From assembly GCA_041663565.1 (NCBI GenBank), contig JBAYMJ010000001.1:1259-65258 (forward strand): a stretch of 64,000 nt of DNA, in the 5' to 3' direction. Below are positions 35,099 through 42,993 of this stretch, piece after piece. Origin of the DNA: Candidatus Micrarchaeia archaeon (GTDB lineage Archaea; Micrarchaeota; Micrarchaeia; Norongarragalinales; CAINOH01). Made by a program: the position numbers and the translations under genes. The notes beneath the pieces were generated by a model, which had not been told where the DNA came from, searched no databases, and was given only the letters and a program-made list of their open reading frames with translations. How positions within the stretch are numbered: the first letter of the stretch is position 1; each line of letters opens with the position of its first letter.

Positions 35099-36703
35099 CT
35101 ACTCCATCCGCCTTATTGTCGTTGCCCCGTTCGGCCCCTTGGTCTTCTTGACTGGGGGGATATGACGGAACCCCTGCTCGTCAACAATCGGCGCGGAATA
35201 CTTGCCCGTTGGCGCAATCACGCGGTCGAAAAACGGGGTTGCGTCCTTGGCCGCGCCGTTTCCTGGGGCAGGCAACGCCTGCTGTTCCGCTGAAAAACCC
35301 TGGCTGCGCGCCATGCCTATGAACTGCCTTGCAAGCTCAAGCCTCCCGGAATCCTCCGGCGTGAACTTCCCGTACGCCTGGCCCCACATTTTTTCAATCC
35401 GTTCCAACTCTCTTTTGGTCCTGGCGTCAATGTCCGGCTTGCCGCCCTTTGCAGCGGCGAACCGCACTATCGCTTCGCCTAGCCTCGCATCCGCCTGGTA
35501 AACCCTCCTGCTGGCCTCCGGAAGCTTGGAACTTTCCGCATAGGGGTTCAGGTTCCCCAAAAGCAGGGGCTGAGAGGCGGCAGCCGCCCCGTCCGCGTCG
35601 CGTTCCTTCCGGATAAGCAGGAGGTCGTTGCCTGCGTCGGCGATGCCGCGCCTGCGCTCGTTGACGCTTTCCGTGAAGCGGCGGCTGCCTTCGGAAGCTG
35701 CGTCCTCCTGCGCGCGCCTGTAACGGAAATACTTCTGCAGCGGGGAAATGCCCTCCGGCCTAGCGCCCATCGACTTCAGGTGCCCCATCAACGAGTAGAT
35801 TGCGTCTGTCTCCGGCTTGCCCTTCAGCACTATTGAAAGCGGGCGGAAACCATCCTGCGCAAGGTCGGCCGGGATGCCGTGGCTTTCGTAGAGGTCGGCA
35901 AGCGCGGCAACACCGGGGTGCGAAAAGACTGGTTTTGGCGCCGGCACTACTGACTTGCCGCCTTTCTGGGGCTCCTTTAATGCAGCATCCTTTCCAACCG
36001 GAACGGGAAGACCGGACCGCGGCCGGGCATTGCGCATCCAGCGCCTTTCCTCCTGCGCAACCTCGCGCTGCCTTGCAATCTTGGAGGCCGCGCGGGAGAG
36101 CATGCGCAACTGCATCGAGTTGGACGCCGCAGACTTGGCAGCGCCCGCGGGCTCCTGTCTCATCACCCGGCCCATCTCGGCCCCGCCTGTCTTTGGCCGG
36201 GGGACGAAATGCCTCTTGAGCACGCGCTTGGGCTTCGAGGCGGACGGGGCACCGGGCGCGCTTGGCCCGTCCTCGAACATCCAGTCGTGAACGGGGTGTG
36301 AAAGCGCGCTTTGCCTTAATCCCCTTTCGTTCTCCCCGCGCCTGTCGCTGCGCTCGCGGATGATGTTGTCAGCCATGCGCCTTAGCTGCCTTTCCTGGGG
36401 GCTTGGCTTGCGGTCGCTCTCGAACAGGTCCTGGAGGCGGTCATACTCCGCAGCGGACAATGCGCGCGGCCCCTTCGGCTTTTCCGGCTCGTACATCCAG
36501 TCGTACGCCGGGACCGCGGTTTTTGATGCTGCCTTTCGGGCATCCTCTTGGGCCCTAGCCTTCTTGCGTTCCTTGAGGAACAGGTCAACCTGCTTCCTTA
36601 TTGCGTCAGACTCCGCCTGGCCGGGGCGCAACAGGGGCGGCTTTTCCTTCCTGCCGGACAACAGGCCGCTTATCTTGGATTTGAGGTTGGAAAATAGGCC
36701 CAA
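35099..36703 (-). CDS. hypothetical basic protein (534 aa), lineage-specific
   Basis: MGLFSNLKSKISGLLSGRKEKPP... Arg/Ala/Pro-rich. Internal repeated motif (VPAYDWMYEPEKP / HPVHDWMFEDGP). 6-nt gap to the upstream gene. The antisense ORFs are compositionally worse. Confidence 0.55.
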   Translation of the reverse strand: MGLFSNLKSKISGLLSGRKEKPPLLRPGQAESDAIRKQVDLFLKERKKARAQEDARKAASKTAVPAYDWMYEPEKPKGPRALSAAEYDRLQDLFESDRKPSPQERQLRRMADNIIRERSDRRGENERGLRQSALSHPVHDWMFEDGPSAPGAPSASKPKRVLKRHFVPRPKTGGAEMGRVMRQEPAGAAKSAASNSMQLRMLSRAASKIARQREVAQEERRWMRNARPRSGLPVPVGKDAALKEPQKGGKSVVPAPKPVFSHPGVAALADLYESHGIPADLAQDGFRPLSIVLKGKPETDAIYSLMGHLKSMGARPEGISPLQKYFRYRRAQEDAASEGSRRFTESVNERRRGIADAGNDLLLIRKERDADGAAAASQPLLLGNLNPYAESSKLPEASRRVYQADARLGEAIVRFAAAKGGKPDIDARTKRELERIEKMWGQAYGKFTPEDSGRLELARQFIGMARSQGFSAEQQALPAPGNGAAKDATPFFDRVIAPTGKYSAPIVDEQGFRHIPPVKKTKGPNGATTIRRME

Positions 36704-36709
36704 TGGAAA

Positions 36710-37339
36710 TCACTCAGGAGCGATTGCTTTATCCGCAAAGCTGTGCGGATTTTTTCGCATGACAGTGTCAACGGCTTCGGATACTAGCTTCTTCTTCCAT
36801 TGCTCATTTGACAGGAACGTGGACATCACGCCGACGGCCTGCTTGGGGCCGTACTTGGGGTACTCTTCCAGCTTTTCCCTCGCCAAATTCGGGGTGTCAA
36901 ACTCCGGGTTCAGGACAAACAGCCTCTTGATGGACCCGTCAACATCCTTTTCGGTGTACCCCTCCTTTAGGAAGAACTCGCTGATTTGCTGGATGCAATT
37001 CCGGTCCGACTTGCGGATTAAATCAAGAACAGAGTGGATGTCTTTCTCGAACTTGGCGGTATCAATCTTCGTCAAACCCGGGTTCCGTTTAAACTCGTCG
37101 GGTTTCTTGTCGTAGTGGGCCAGAATTTGCTTTTTCCTCGCTTCGTGCATTCTTGAAGCCAGCTTGTTTATGACGTTGCGCGAGAGCATCGCGCTCTCGC
37201 AGAGCTTATAGCGCTGGTACTGGCCCGGAGTCATATCCGACGGGCCGATGCTGCGTAGCTTGTTGTACTCGTGCAAAGTGGGCAGCTCGTCCTTGGGCGG
37301 AAGCGGGAAGAAGTTTATCCTGTTGGTTACGGCCGTCAT
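36710..37339 (-). CDS. hypothetical protein (209 aa)
   Basis: Balanced composition (K, N, Y, F, E). Tightly packed in the minus-strand cluster. No family recognised. Confidence 0.55.
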   Translation of the reverse strand: MTAVTNRINFFPLPPKDELPTLHEYNKLRSIGPSDMTPGQYQRYKLCESAMLSRNVINKLASRMHEARKKQILAHYDKKPDEFKRNPGLTKIDTAKFEKDIHSVLDLIRKSDRNCIQQISEFFLKEGYTEKDVDGSIKRLFVLNPEFDTPNLAREKLEEYPKYGPKQAVGVMSTFLSNEQWKKKLVSEAVDTVMRKNPHSFADKAIAPE

Positions 37340-37360
37340 GGGGTGTTCACAAAACGGGCG

Positions 37361-37774
37361 CTAAACCCGGTATACCTGGAGGTGGGACACCCCGCCAATC
37401 CTCTTCGCGCCGGCCTTGGACACGCCAAGGCAGCGGCACGCAAGCTCGACCGACTTCTCGCCGACTATGTTCACGTTGCCGGCTCCGCTCAGGGCGGAAA
37501 TCACGGCCGGTTCGTCCACGACTTCGCCTTCGTAGAACCTGCGGTGCGTCTCAAGGTCAAGAATGAGGCCGTTGGACTCGAACTTCTTCCCAAGGCAATC
37601 CTTGTCGCAGACTGCGACTATTGTTGAAAAGCGCGAGACGTGCGTCTTGAGGTAGAAAGCCGCCTTGGGGGATTTTGCCGAGGCCTTGGAGGGCTTTGAA
37701 GCCGCGACTTTCCTTGCCTTGGCTGACTTTGCCTTGCCTGCGGGCTTTTTCATTGGAACAGCGGCTTTGGCCAA
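37361..37774 (-). CDS. DUF424-like protein with Lys/Ala-rich N-terminal extension
   Basis: The C-terminal ~95 aa (YLKTHVSRFSTIVAVCDKDCLGKKFESNGLILDL...FYEGEVVDEPAVISAL..AGNVNIVGEKSVELA...IGGVSHLQVYRV) resemble the archaeal DUF424 pattern (from memory). The N-terminal 40 aa are a KKPAGKAKSAKARKVAASKPSKASAKSPK histone-H1-like tail. Confidence 0.6.
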   Translation of the reverse strand: MAKAAVPMKKPAGKAKSAKARKVAASKPSKASAKSPKAAFYLKTHVSRFSTIVAVCDKDCLGKKFESNGLILDLETHRRFYEGEVVDEPAVISALSGAGNVNIVGEKSVELACRCLGVSKAGAKRIGGVSHLQVYRV

Positions 37775-37782
37775 AATAAACT

Positions 37783-38268
37783 CTACCTCTTGACGGGTTT
37801 CTTCCCAAGGGCCCGTATCGCCTGCTGCAACCGCGGGTTGTTGGTGTGCACGAGCTTGTAGAAGTCAAACATGTGCCCGAGGACTACTTTGTCCCGCGCG
37901 GTTGCCTTGGTGCCCTTCACCAGCTCGCCAATCACCTCCGAAGCGACCAGGGGTTCCGGCGAGCTTTTGATTGTCTTGGGGGTGTACGCCCCGCTTATGG
38001 CGCCATACCGCTTGTAATCGAACGCGTTCGACTTGTTCTGCTGCGCGCGGACGTTATAGTTGAGCTGGGACGTCTTGACCCGGTGGCGCAAAAAGACGGG
38101 TATGGACTCGTTGAGAAAATGATAGAAACTCTCGCTGCCCTTCGCCTTCTCCGCAAGAACTCCCATTACCTTGTACTGGCTGGCGGGAACCTTGTGCAGG
38201 CCAACCACGCCTTTTACCGTCCTGCTTGCAGACAGTTCTGCCGACGCCACTTGAAATTTTCTTGCCAT
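37783..38268 (-). CDS. hypothetical protein (161 aa)
   Basis: MARKFQVASAELSASRTVKG... 4-nt gap to the upstream gene and 8 nt to the downstream gene. No family recognised. Confidence 0.5.
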   Translation of the reverse strand: MARKFQVASAELSASRTVKGVVGLHKVPASQYKVMGVLAEKAKGSESFYHFLNESIPVFLRHRVKTSQLNYNVRAQQNKSNAFDYKRYGAISGAYTPKTIKSSPEPLVASEVIGELVKGTKATARDKVVLGHMFDFYKLVHTNNPRLQQAIRALGKKPVKR

Positions 38269-38272
38269 GATA

Positions 38273-39784
38273 TCAAACCGCCTTTGCCTTCCTATAGACT
38301 TCCAAAAGCCCCTGCTGCTGGCTGGTCTTCACCCTGCTGCCGGACCTCTTGAGGTAATCAAGCTTTTTTCCTTCCACGCCATTGGACTGAAGGTGCGCAA
38401 CCACGCTCCTTGCAAACGACGGGTAGTTCATGTTCCTGGCAAAGCCCAGGAACGGCTCCTCGTAGTTTGCGAAGCTGTGCTGCGACACGCCGTGGGCCTT
38501 GAGGAAGGCGCGCAATACCAGCTGGTACCCGCTGGGCGAGCCGAGCAACGGCCTGGTTGGCGCCACGTTGAAGGCGGCCTGCCTTGGCGCCGAAGCCAAG
38601 GCGCCCGACCGGTCCTTTCCGACGACCCTCGGGTACACCGTGATGACCTTGCCTGCCAACGCGCCCGGCTGCGGCCTGCGGCCCAAAGCGTAGCCCATCT
38701 GGAGCAAGGCCATCGACGCCAAGAGAGTATTCGCAAGCTTGCCTGCCTTCTTGCCGCCTTTCTTGCCAGTATCCTGCCGCTCGCCTTTCTTCCTGCCCGC
38801 CGCCTTTCCTGCGACATCCTCAACGTCAACATAAGTCGGGACGTCGTGCAGGATCTGGCCGTCGTACTGGCGGTAACCGTCCTGCTGCGAGGGCCATGGG
38901 TGGCCTCCGATTACGTTGCCAGTGCCGTTATTGTTGTTGAAAACCGGGTTGTTGGTAAAGGTGGGGCTGTTGGTGATGGTGACCGGCTGGCCGTGGCCTT
39001 TGAACATCTCGCTGAAGGCCATAAGCTCGTTGATGGTGTAGCTCCTTCCGTTCTCGGGCTGCGGAAGCCCTCCGGGAGATTCGGGCGCCTGCGGCGCGGG
39101 CGCTGCGGGCCTTGCGGCCTCGGCATCCAATTGCTTGGCGCGCTCAACCAAATCGTCCAGCCTGCCACGGTAAAGCATGCTGTTCTTGAGCGAACCATAA
39201 AGGTGCTTTCCCGCATCTATGGGCTTTCCGTGGATTACGAGCGCGGAATTCGTGTAAGCCCGGTTCCTTATGGTCCCCGGCTTGGAGCCTTCGGTGACAA
39301 AAGAAGACATCTCGGGCGAAGTGTAAGCGTCAAGGAGCGCCTCGCGCGCCCTGCTGTCCTTGGAAAGCTCGCCTGCAAGCCACGACGCGCCCTTCTCGCC
39401 AAGCCCCCACGCGCCATGCCGCAGCACGTGCTCGGTAAGCGACTTTATCTGGACCGGAGGCTGGTTGCGTATTATCCTCTGCATCGCGTACTCGTGCAGG
39501 TTCCAGCGCACGCCGTCCCTCTTGGAGTTGAGTGCCGGCACGTCCCACTGCCTGATTGCCTCGGCTGTGAGCTTCGGCCTCGTCCCCAGGCCGCCATCCA
39601 AGCCGGTCCTTGAAGTTATGAACGGCTTCTCCTTTCCATAGGGCTTCCGAAGCAGGTAATTCTTCGCGGACGAAAGCCCGTTTCCAACGTGTGTAAGACC
39701 TGCCCTGACATTTGGAAAAAGCTCCGCCAACATCAATCGCCCTCTATGAATTGCCTTTGGGATATCAATAAACGGAATGGGCAT
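38273..39784 (-). CDS. hypothetical protein (503 aa) with central low-complexity region and a basic/hydrophobic segment
   Basis: MPIPFIDIPKAIHRG... Central NNPVFNNNNGTGN, then KKGERQDTGKKGGKKAGKLANTLLASMALLQMGYALG. The 448-aa + strand ORF 38267..39613 is Arg/Leu/Gly-rich antisense. Confidence 0.55.
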   Translation of the reverse strand: MPIPFIDIPKAIHRGRLMLAELFPNVRAGLTHVGNGLSSAKNYLLRKPYGKEKPFITSRTGLDGGLGTRPKLTAEAIRQWDVPALNSKRDGVRWNLHEYAMQRIIRNQPPVQIKSLTEHVLRHGAWGLGEKGASWLAGELSKDSRAREALLDAYTSPEMSSFVTEGSKPGTIRNRAYTNSALVIHGKPIDAGKHLYGSLKNSMLYRGRLDDLVERAKQLDAEAARPAAPAPQAPESPGGLPQPENGRSYTINELMAFSEMFKGHGQPVTITNSPTFTNNPVFNNNNGTGNVIGGHPWPSQQDGYRQYDGQILHDVPTYVDVEDVAGKAAGRKKGERQDTGKKGGKKAGKLANTLLASMALLQMGYALGRRPQPGALAGKVITVYPRVVGKDRSGALASAPRQAAFNVAPTRPLLGSPSGYQLVLRAFLKAHGVSQHSFANYEEPFLGFARNMNYPSFARSVVAHLQSNGVEGKKLDYLKRSGSRVKTSQQQGLLEVYRKAKAV

Positions 39785-39823
39785 CTTTTTAAGCCTTCAG
39801 CCCGGATTTGGGACGATTTACGA

Positions 39824-40195
39824 CTAATCATCCTTTCGGAACAACCCCTCGAAAGGAATCTTTTCCCCGGACTTGCGCCTCTTTGCGTACTTGATTTCCG
39901 CAAGCCTGCCAAGGCCCTTTTCCGAAGCCACGTCCTCGGCCTTGGACATCGCGTCGCGGCCCGTCGCAGGCTCGTCATCCGGAAGGTTTGAGAACAAAGT
40001 CTTCTGGCCCGCAACCGCGACGACGATAATCAGGACCATTCCGACTACGCCGTAGATTGCCTTCATCGATATGCCGAACACCGAGTTCTTTCCCGAGTCG
40101 CTGTTTGCAAGCATCACTACTGCGGCAATCACAAGAAGAATTAGGAAGACGAACTGGAGGCGACGGGAATTGACCGCCTGCTGCCTTGAAGCCAT
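39824..40195 (-). CDS. small two-TM membrane protein with a charged C-terminal tail
   Basis: TM1 LQFVFLILLVIAAVVMLA; TM2 AIYGVVGMVLIIVVAVAG; tail ...AEIKYAKRRKSGEKIPFEGLFRKDD. Confidence 0.5.
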   Translation of the reverse strand: MASRQQAVNSRRLQFVFLILLVIAAVVMLANSDSGKNSVFGISMKAIYGVVGMVLIIVVAVAGQKTLFSNLPDDEPATGRDAMSKAEDVASEKGLGRLAEIKYAKRRKSGEKIPFEGLFRKDD

Positions 40196-40266
40196 AGGAA
40201 ATAGGAGGGAAAAAGGATAGAATAAGGTTTGCGCCTAGCCGCGCACGCCAAAAAGATTAGGCAGAC

Positions 40267-40842
40267 TCAGGCAGTCGGGCCACGACGCTTGGGCGGCATC
40301 TTGCCCCGTTCAAACTCCTCAGGAGTCATGAACGGCTTGCCACCGGGGGGACGCCTATACAAACCGTCAAAAATTCCGACGAACTTTTTAGGATTGGAAA
40401 GAATAACAGAAGTTACGTTCCGCTCTGAGCTTTCCTTAAGCGTCGCCAATTTTTTTGCAACTACGTCACGCAGGCCGGAACTATAAAAACCGCCTTTCAA
40501 ACGCTCCTTGTTCTGTGCAACTATTTCCGCAAGCTGATTAGCGCGCTGCTGGGGAAGGTCAAAACCGTGCTTGAGGAGCAGGCGGGTAAAAGCCTTCACC
40601 TGCTCAGAATTACGAGTCTCAACAAAACGATCAAAATGGGTGGACACCGCAGTACCGTCAATCTCCTTATCTACGATAGGTTCAGATCGCAGCGCACTAA
40701 TCTCCTGCAACTCATCAGGAGTATAAGCGGGGCGTTCGACTTCTTCCGCCGCCGCAGCCTCGGCGGCCTTAATCTCTTCTACCCGCTTCTTAGCCCCAGG
40801 CTCACGGGCAAGACGCGCAAGAATATCTAATACGTTTCCCAC
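40267..40842 (-). CDS. 191-aa protein, tandem paralog A (unknown family)
   Basis: GTG start at 40842 preceded by GAGGGAGA. (M)GNVLDILARLAREPGAKKRVEEIKAAEAAA...LLLKHGFDLPQQRANQLAEIV...RRPPGGKPFMTPEEFERGKMPPKRRGPTA. Confidence 0.6.
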   Translation of the reverse strand: MGNVLDILARLAREPGAKKRVEEIKAAEAAAAEEVERPAYTPDELQEISALRSEPIVDKEIDGTAVSTHFDRFVETRNSEQVKAFTRLLLKHGFDLPQQRANQLAEIVAQNKERLKGGFYSSGLRDVVAKKLATLKESSERNVTSVILSNPKKFVGIFDGLYRRPPGGKPFMTPEEFERGKMPPKRRGPTA

Positions 40843-40969
40843 AGAAATCTCCCTCTCAACCGCACACGAAAGACTCCAGAACAGAATTCACGACCAACTG
40901 CTCAATAAAGGAGAAATATGCCCCCAGCTATAAATAAAGAAGGGATAAAGAAAAAGAGAAAAGACAAAA

Positions 40970-41545
40970 CTAAGCAGTCGGGCCACGACGCTTGGGCGGC
41001 ATCTTGCCCCGTTCAAACTCCTCAGGAGTCATGAACGGCTTGCCACCGGGGGGGCGGCGGTAAAGGTTCTCAAAAACATCGACAAATTTCTTTGGGTGTG
41101 ATAAGACCACTGCAGTAACATTTCGCTCCGGGCCCTGCTTCTGCACAGCTAACTGTTCTACAATGGGCCGACGAATGCGTATGTTGTAAAAACCGCCTTT
41201 CAAACGATCCCTATTCTGCGCAACTATCTCGGCAAGCTGACTAGCACGTTCCGATGGAAGATCAAAACCATGCTTAAGTAACAAACGAGCGAAAGCCTTA
41301 AGCTGTTCGGGCGAACGCGTGTCAATGTAACGATTAATATGAGAAGTGATTGTCAGCTCTTCAACTTCCTTCTCCGCAATAGGCTCAGACCACAATTTCT
41401 GAATCTCCTTTTCCTCTTCCGAAGTATACGGCGGACGCACGGCATCTTCTTGGGCAGCAGCCTCGGCGGCCTTAATCTCTTCTACCCGCTTCTTAGCCCC
41501 AGGCTCACGGGCAAGACGCGCAAGAATATCTAATACGTTTCCCAC
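40970..41545 (-). CDS. 191-aa protein, tandem paralog B
   Basis: Start trimmed to the GTG at 41545, which has the same RBS and start context as paralog A. The first ~90 nt and last ~80 nt of the CDS are identical to paralog A by eye; the centre is diverged. Confidence 0.6.
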   Translation of the reverse strand: MGNVLDILARLAREPGAKKRVEEIKAAEAAAQEDAVRPPYTSEEEKEIQKLWSEPIAEKEVEELTITSHINRYIDTRSPEQLKAFARLLLKHGFDLPSERASQLAEIVAQNRDRLKGGFYNIRIRRPIVEQLAVQKQGPERNVTAVVLSHPKKFVDVFENLYRRPPGGKPFMTPEEFERGKMPPKRRGPTA

Positions 41546-41555
41546 AGTAATCTCC

Positions 41556-41672
41556 CTCTTAGCCGCACACAAAGGACTCCAGAACAGAATTAACAACTAC
41601 CTGCTCAGTATTCTCACTCACAGGAACGATGCCCTCGACCATGATGCCATAATCATTACAATTAAGGAAACC
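41556..41672 (-). pseudogene. duplicated 3' fragment of the 218-aa gene (42326..42982)
   Basis: Reverse-strand translation gives ...FLNCNDYGIMVEGIVPVSENTEQVVVNSVLESFVCG*, compared with FINCRDYGIMVEGIVPVKEKTEQIVVNSVLESFVCG* at the end of the intact gene. An in-frame stop (TAA) lies just upstream, so it is a remnant carried along by the tandem duplication. Confidence 0.6.
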
Positions 41673-41736
41673 CATTAGTGAGGAATAAGCTTCCGACTAT
41701 AAAAAGAGAGGATAAAGAAAAAGAGAAAAAATAAAA

Positions 41737-42312
41737 CTAGGCCGTTGGACCACGACGCTTGGGCGGCATCTTCCCGTGCTCCCACTCCTCAGGAGTCAAG
41801 AAAGGCTTACCGCCCGGCGGACGGCGGAAAAAATGCTCGAAAAAAATCGTAGAATACTTGCGCGGGTTCGAAAGCACCACAGCAGTGACATTCCGCTCCG
41901 GACCTTTCTTCTGCGCATTAAGTCTGTCAGCAACTATGTCACGCAAACCCGTGCCATGAAAACCGCCCTTCAAATAATCATTCTGCACAACTATCTCAGC
42001 AAGCTGCTTAGCGCGCTGCTGAGGAAGGTCAAAACCGTGCTTGAGAAGCAAACGAGCAAAAGACTTCAACTGCTCACTATTACGAGTCTCAACAAAACGA
42101 TCAAAATGAGACATCACAGTCTTACCATCAATCTCCTTCTCCTCAATAGGCTCAGACCACAACGCACGAACCTCCTGCTCTTCCTCAGGAGTATACGGCG
42201 GACGCACGGCATCTTCCTCTGCCGCGGCTTCAGCAGCGTTCATCTCTTCTACCCGCTTCCTAGCCCCGGGCTCACGGGCAAGACGCGCAAGTATATTTAA
42301 TACGTTTCCCAC
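41737..42312 (-). CDS. 191-aa protein, tandem paralog C
   Basis: Start trimmed to the GTG at 42312 (the ORF-track start at 42363 would overlap the upstream gene). It is the most diverged copy at the nucleotide level, but the protein is colinear with A and B. Confidence 0.6.
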   Translation of the reverse strand: MGNVLNILARLAREPGARKRVEEMNAAEAAAEEDAVRPPYTPEEEQEVRALWSEPIEEKEIDGKTVMSHFDRFVETRNSEQLKSFARLLLKHGFDLPQQRAKQLAEIVVQNDYLKGGFHGTGLRDIVADRLNAQKKGPERNVTAVVLSNPRKYSTIFFEHFFRRPPGGKPFLTPEEWEHGKMPPKRRGPTA

Positions 42313-42325
42313 AGAAATCTCCCTC

Positions 42326-42982
42326 TCAACCGCACACGAAAGACTCCAGAACAGAATTAACAACTATCTGCTCAGTCTTCTCTTTCACAGGAACGATGCC
42401 CTCGACCATGATGCCATAATCCCTGCAATTGATGAAGGCATAAGTAAGGAACAAATCATCGGCGACAAGCGAGGAGGACTGGGTATAATTGATTACATAA
42501 TAGTTATTTCCGCCGAACTTGGCACTGCCGTTCCAGATGTTGTATGCCTTCATGTCATCCTCATTAGGAATCGATTCGACTAAAGCATAATAATCCTTTT
42601 TGCCAAGACTCGAATTGGTCAAGGTAAGGTCAATGACTATGGGCACGTTGGCACTCCCAAGCGCATACAACTGCAACACGCCCGCGTCAAGGCTGTTCGA
42701 AGAAAGGGCATAACCAGCAGGATAGCTCACCTTGAAGCCAAAAGTCGGGTGCGTGTACTCCAAAAGGCGAATCCCAAGCGACTTGTTTAACATATCCATA
42801 TTCGGGGTGCTTGCGGATTGGGATGCTCCGGGCTGGCCAATACTGGGCAGTTTTACAGCGCCGGAAAGGAACAGATAAGCGATGATGGCAAATATGCACA
42901 GGACCAGAAGGAGTTTTCCGTTCCCCTTCGCTGGCTTGTCGTCCCTTCTTGACCGTTCAATGCGCCTTGATCTTTCCGCCAT
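42326..42982 (-). CDS. N-terminally membrane-anchored extracellular protein (218 aa; possibly PsbP/DcrB-like fold)
   Basis: Basic N-terminus MAERSRRIERSRRDDKPAKG, then TM LLLVLCIFAIIAYLFLSGAV, then a beta-rich domain (FGFKVSYPAGYAL...). 11-nt gap after the giant gene. The fold guess is weak. Confidence 0.55.
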   Translation of the reverse strand: MAERSRRIERSRRDDKPAKGNGKLLLVLCIFAIIAYLFLSGAVKLPSIGQPGASQSASTPNMDMLNKSLGIRLLEYTHPTFGFKVSYPAGYALSSNSLDAGVLQLYALGSANVPIVIDLTLTNSSLGKKDYYALVESIPNEDDMKAYNIWNGSAKFGGNNYYVINYTQSSSLVADDLFLTYAFINCRDYGIMVEGIVPVKEKTEQIVVNSVLESFVCG

Positions 42983-42993
42983 CAGAAATCACA

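Larger units (their letters stand above)
40267..42312 (-). repeat. tandem triplication (units of ~703 and ~767 bp) of the 191-aa gene with its RBS and upstream flank
   Basis: Gene starts at 40842, 41545 and 42312. The shared upstream block CCACAG(A/T)AATCTCCCTCT(C/T)A(A/G)CCGCACAC(G/A)AA(A/G)GACTCCAGAACAGAATT precedes each copy. Purine-rich (oligo-T on the coding strand) tracts follow each stop. Confidence 0.8.

Noticed and set aside
38267-39613. 448-aa + strand ORF opposite the 503-aa minus-strand gene
   Set aside because: Its Arg/Leu/Gly/Ala/Pro-dominated sequence looks like a GC-driven antisense frame. The minus-strand ORF has a balanced composition (K, N, Y, F) and fits the tight co-directional gene packing. 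Neither has a recognised family, so this choice is not certain.
35099-42982. Prophage or integrated-virus interpretation of the block of unknown genes
   Set aside because: I could recognise no capsid, terminase, portal, integrase, primase or packaging-ATPase motif. There are no att-like repeats. One gene looks like the cellular DUF424 family. The idea cannot be excluded without searches.
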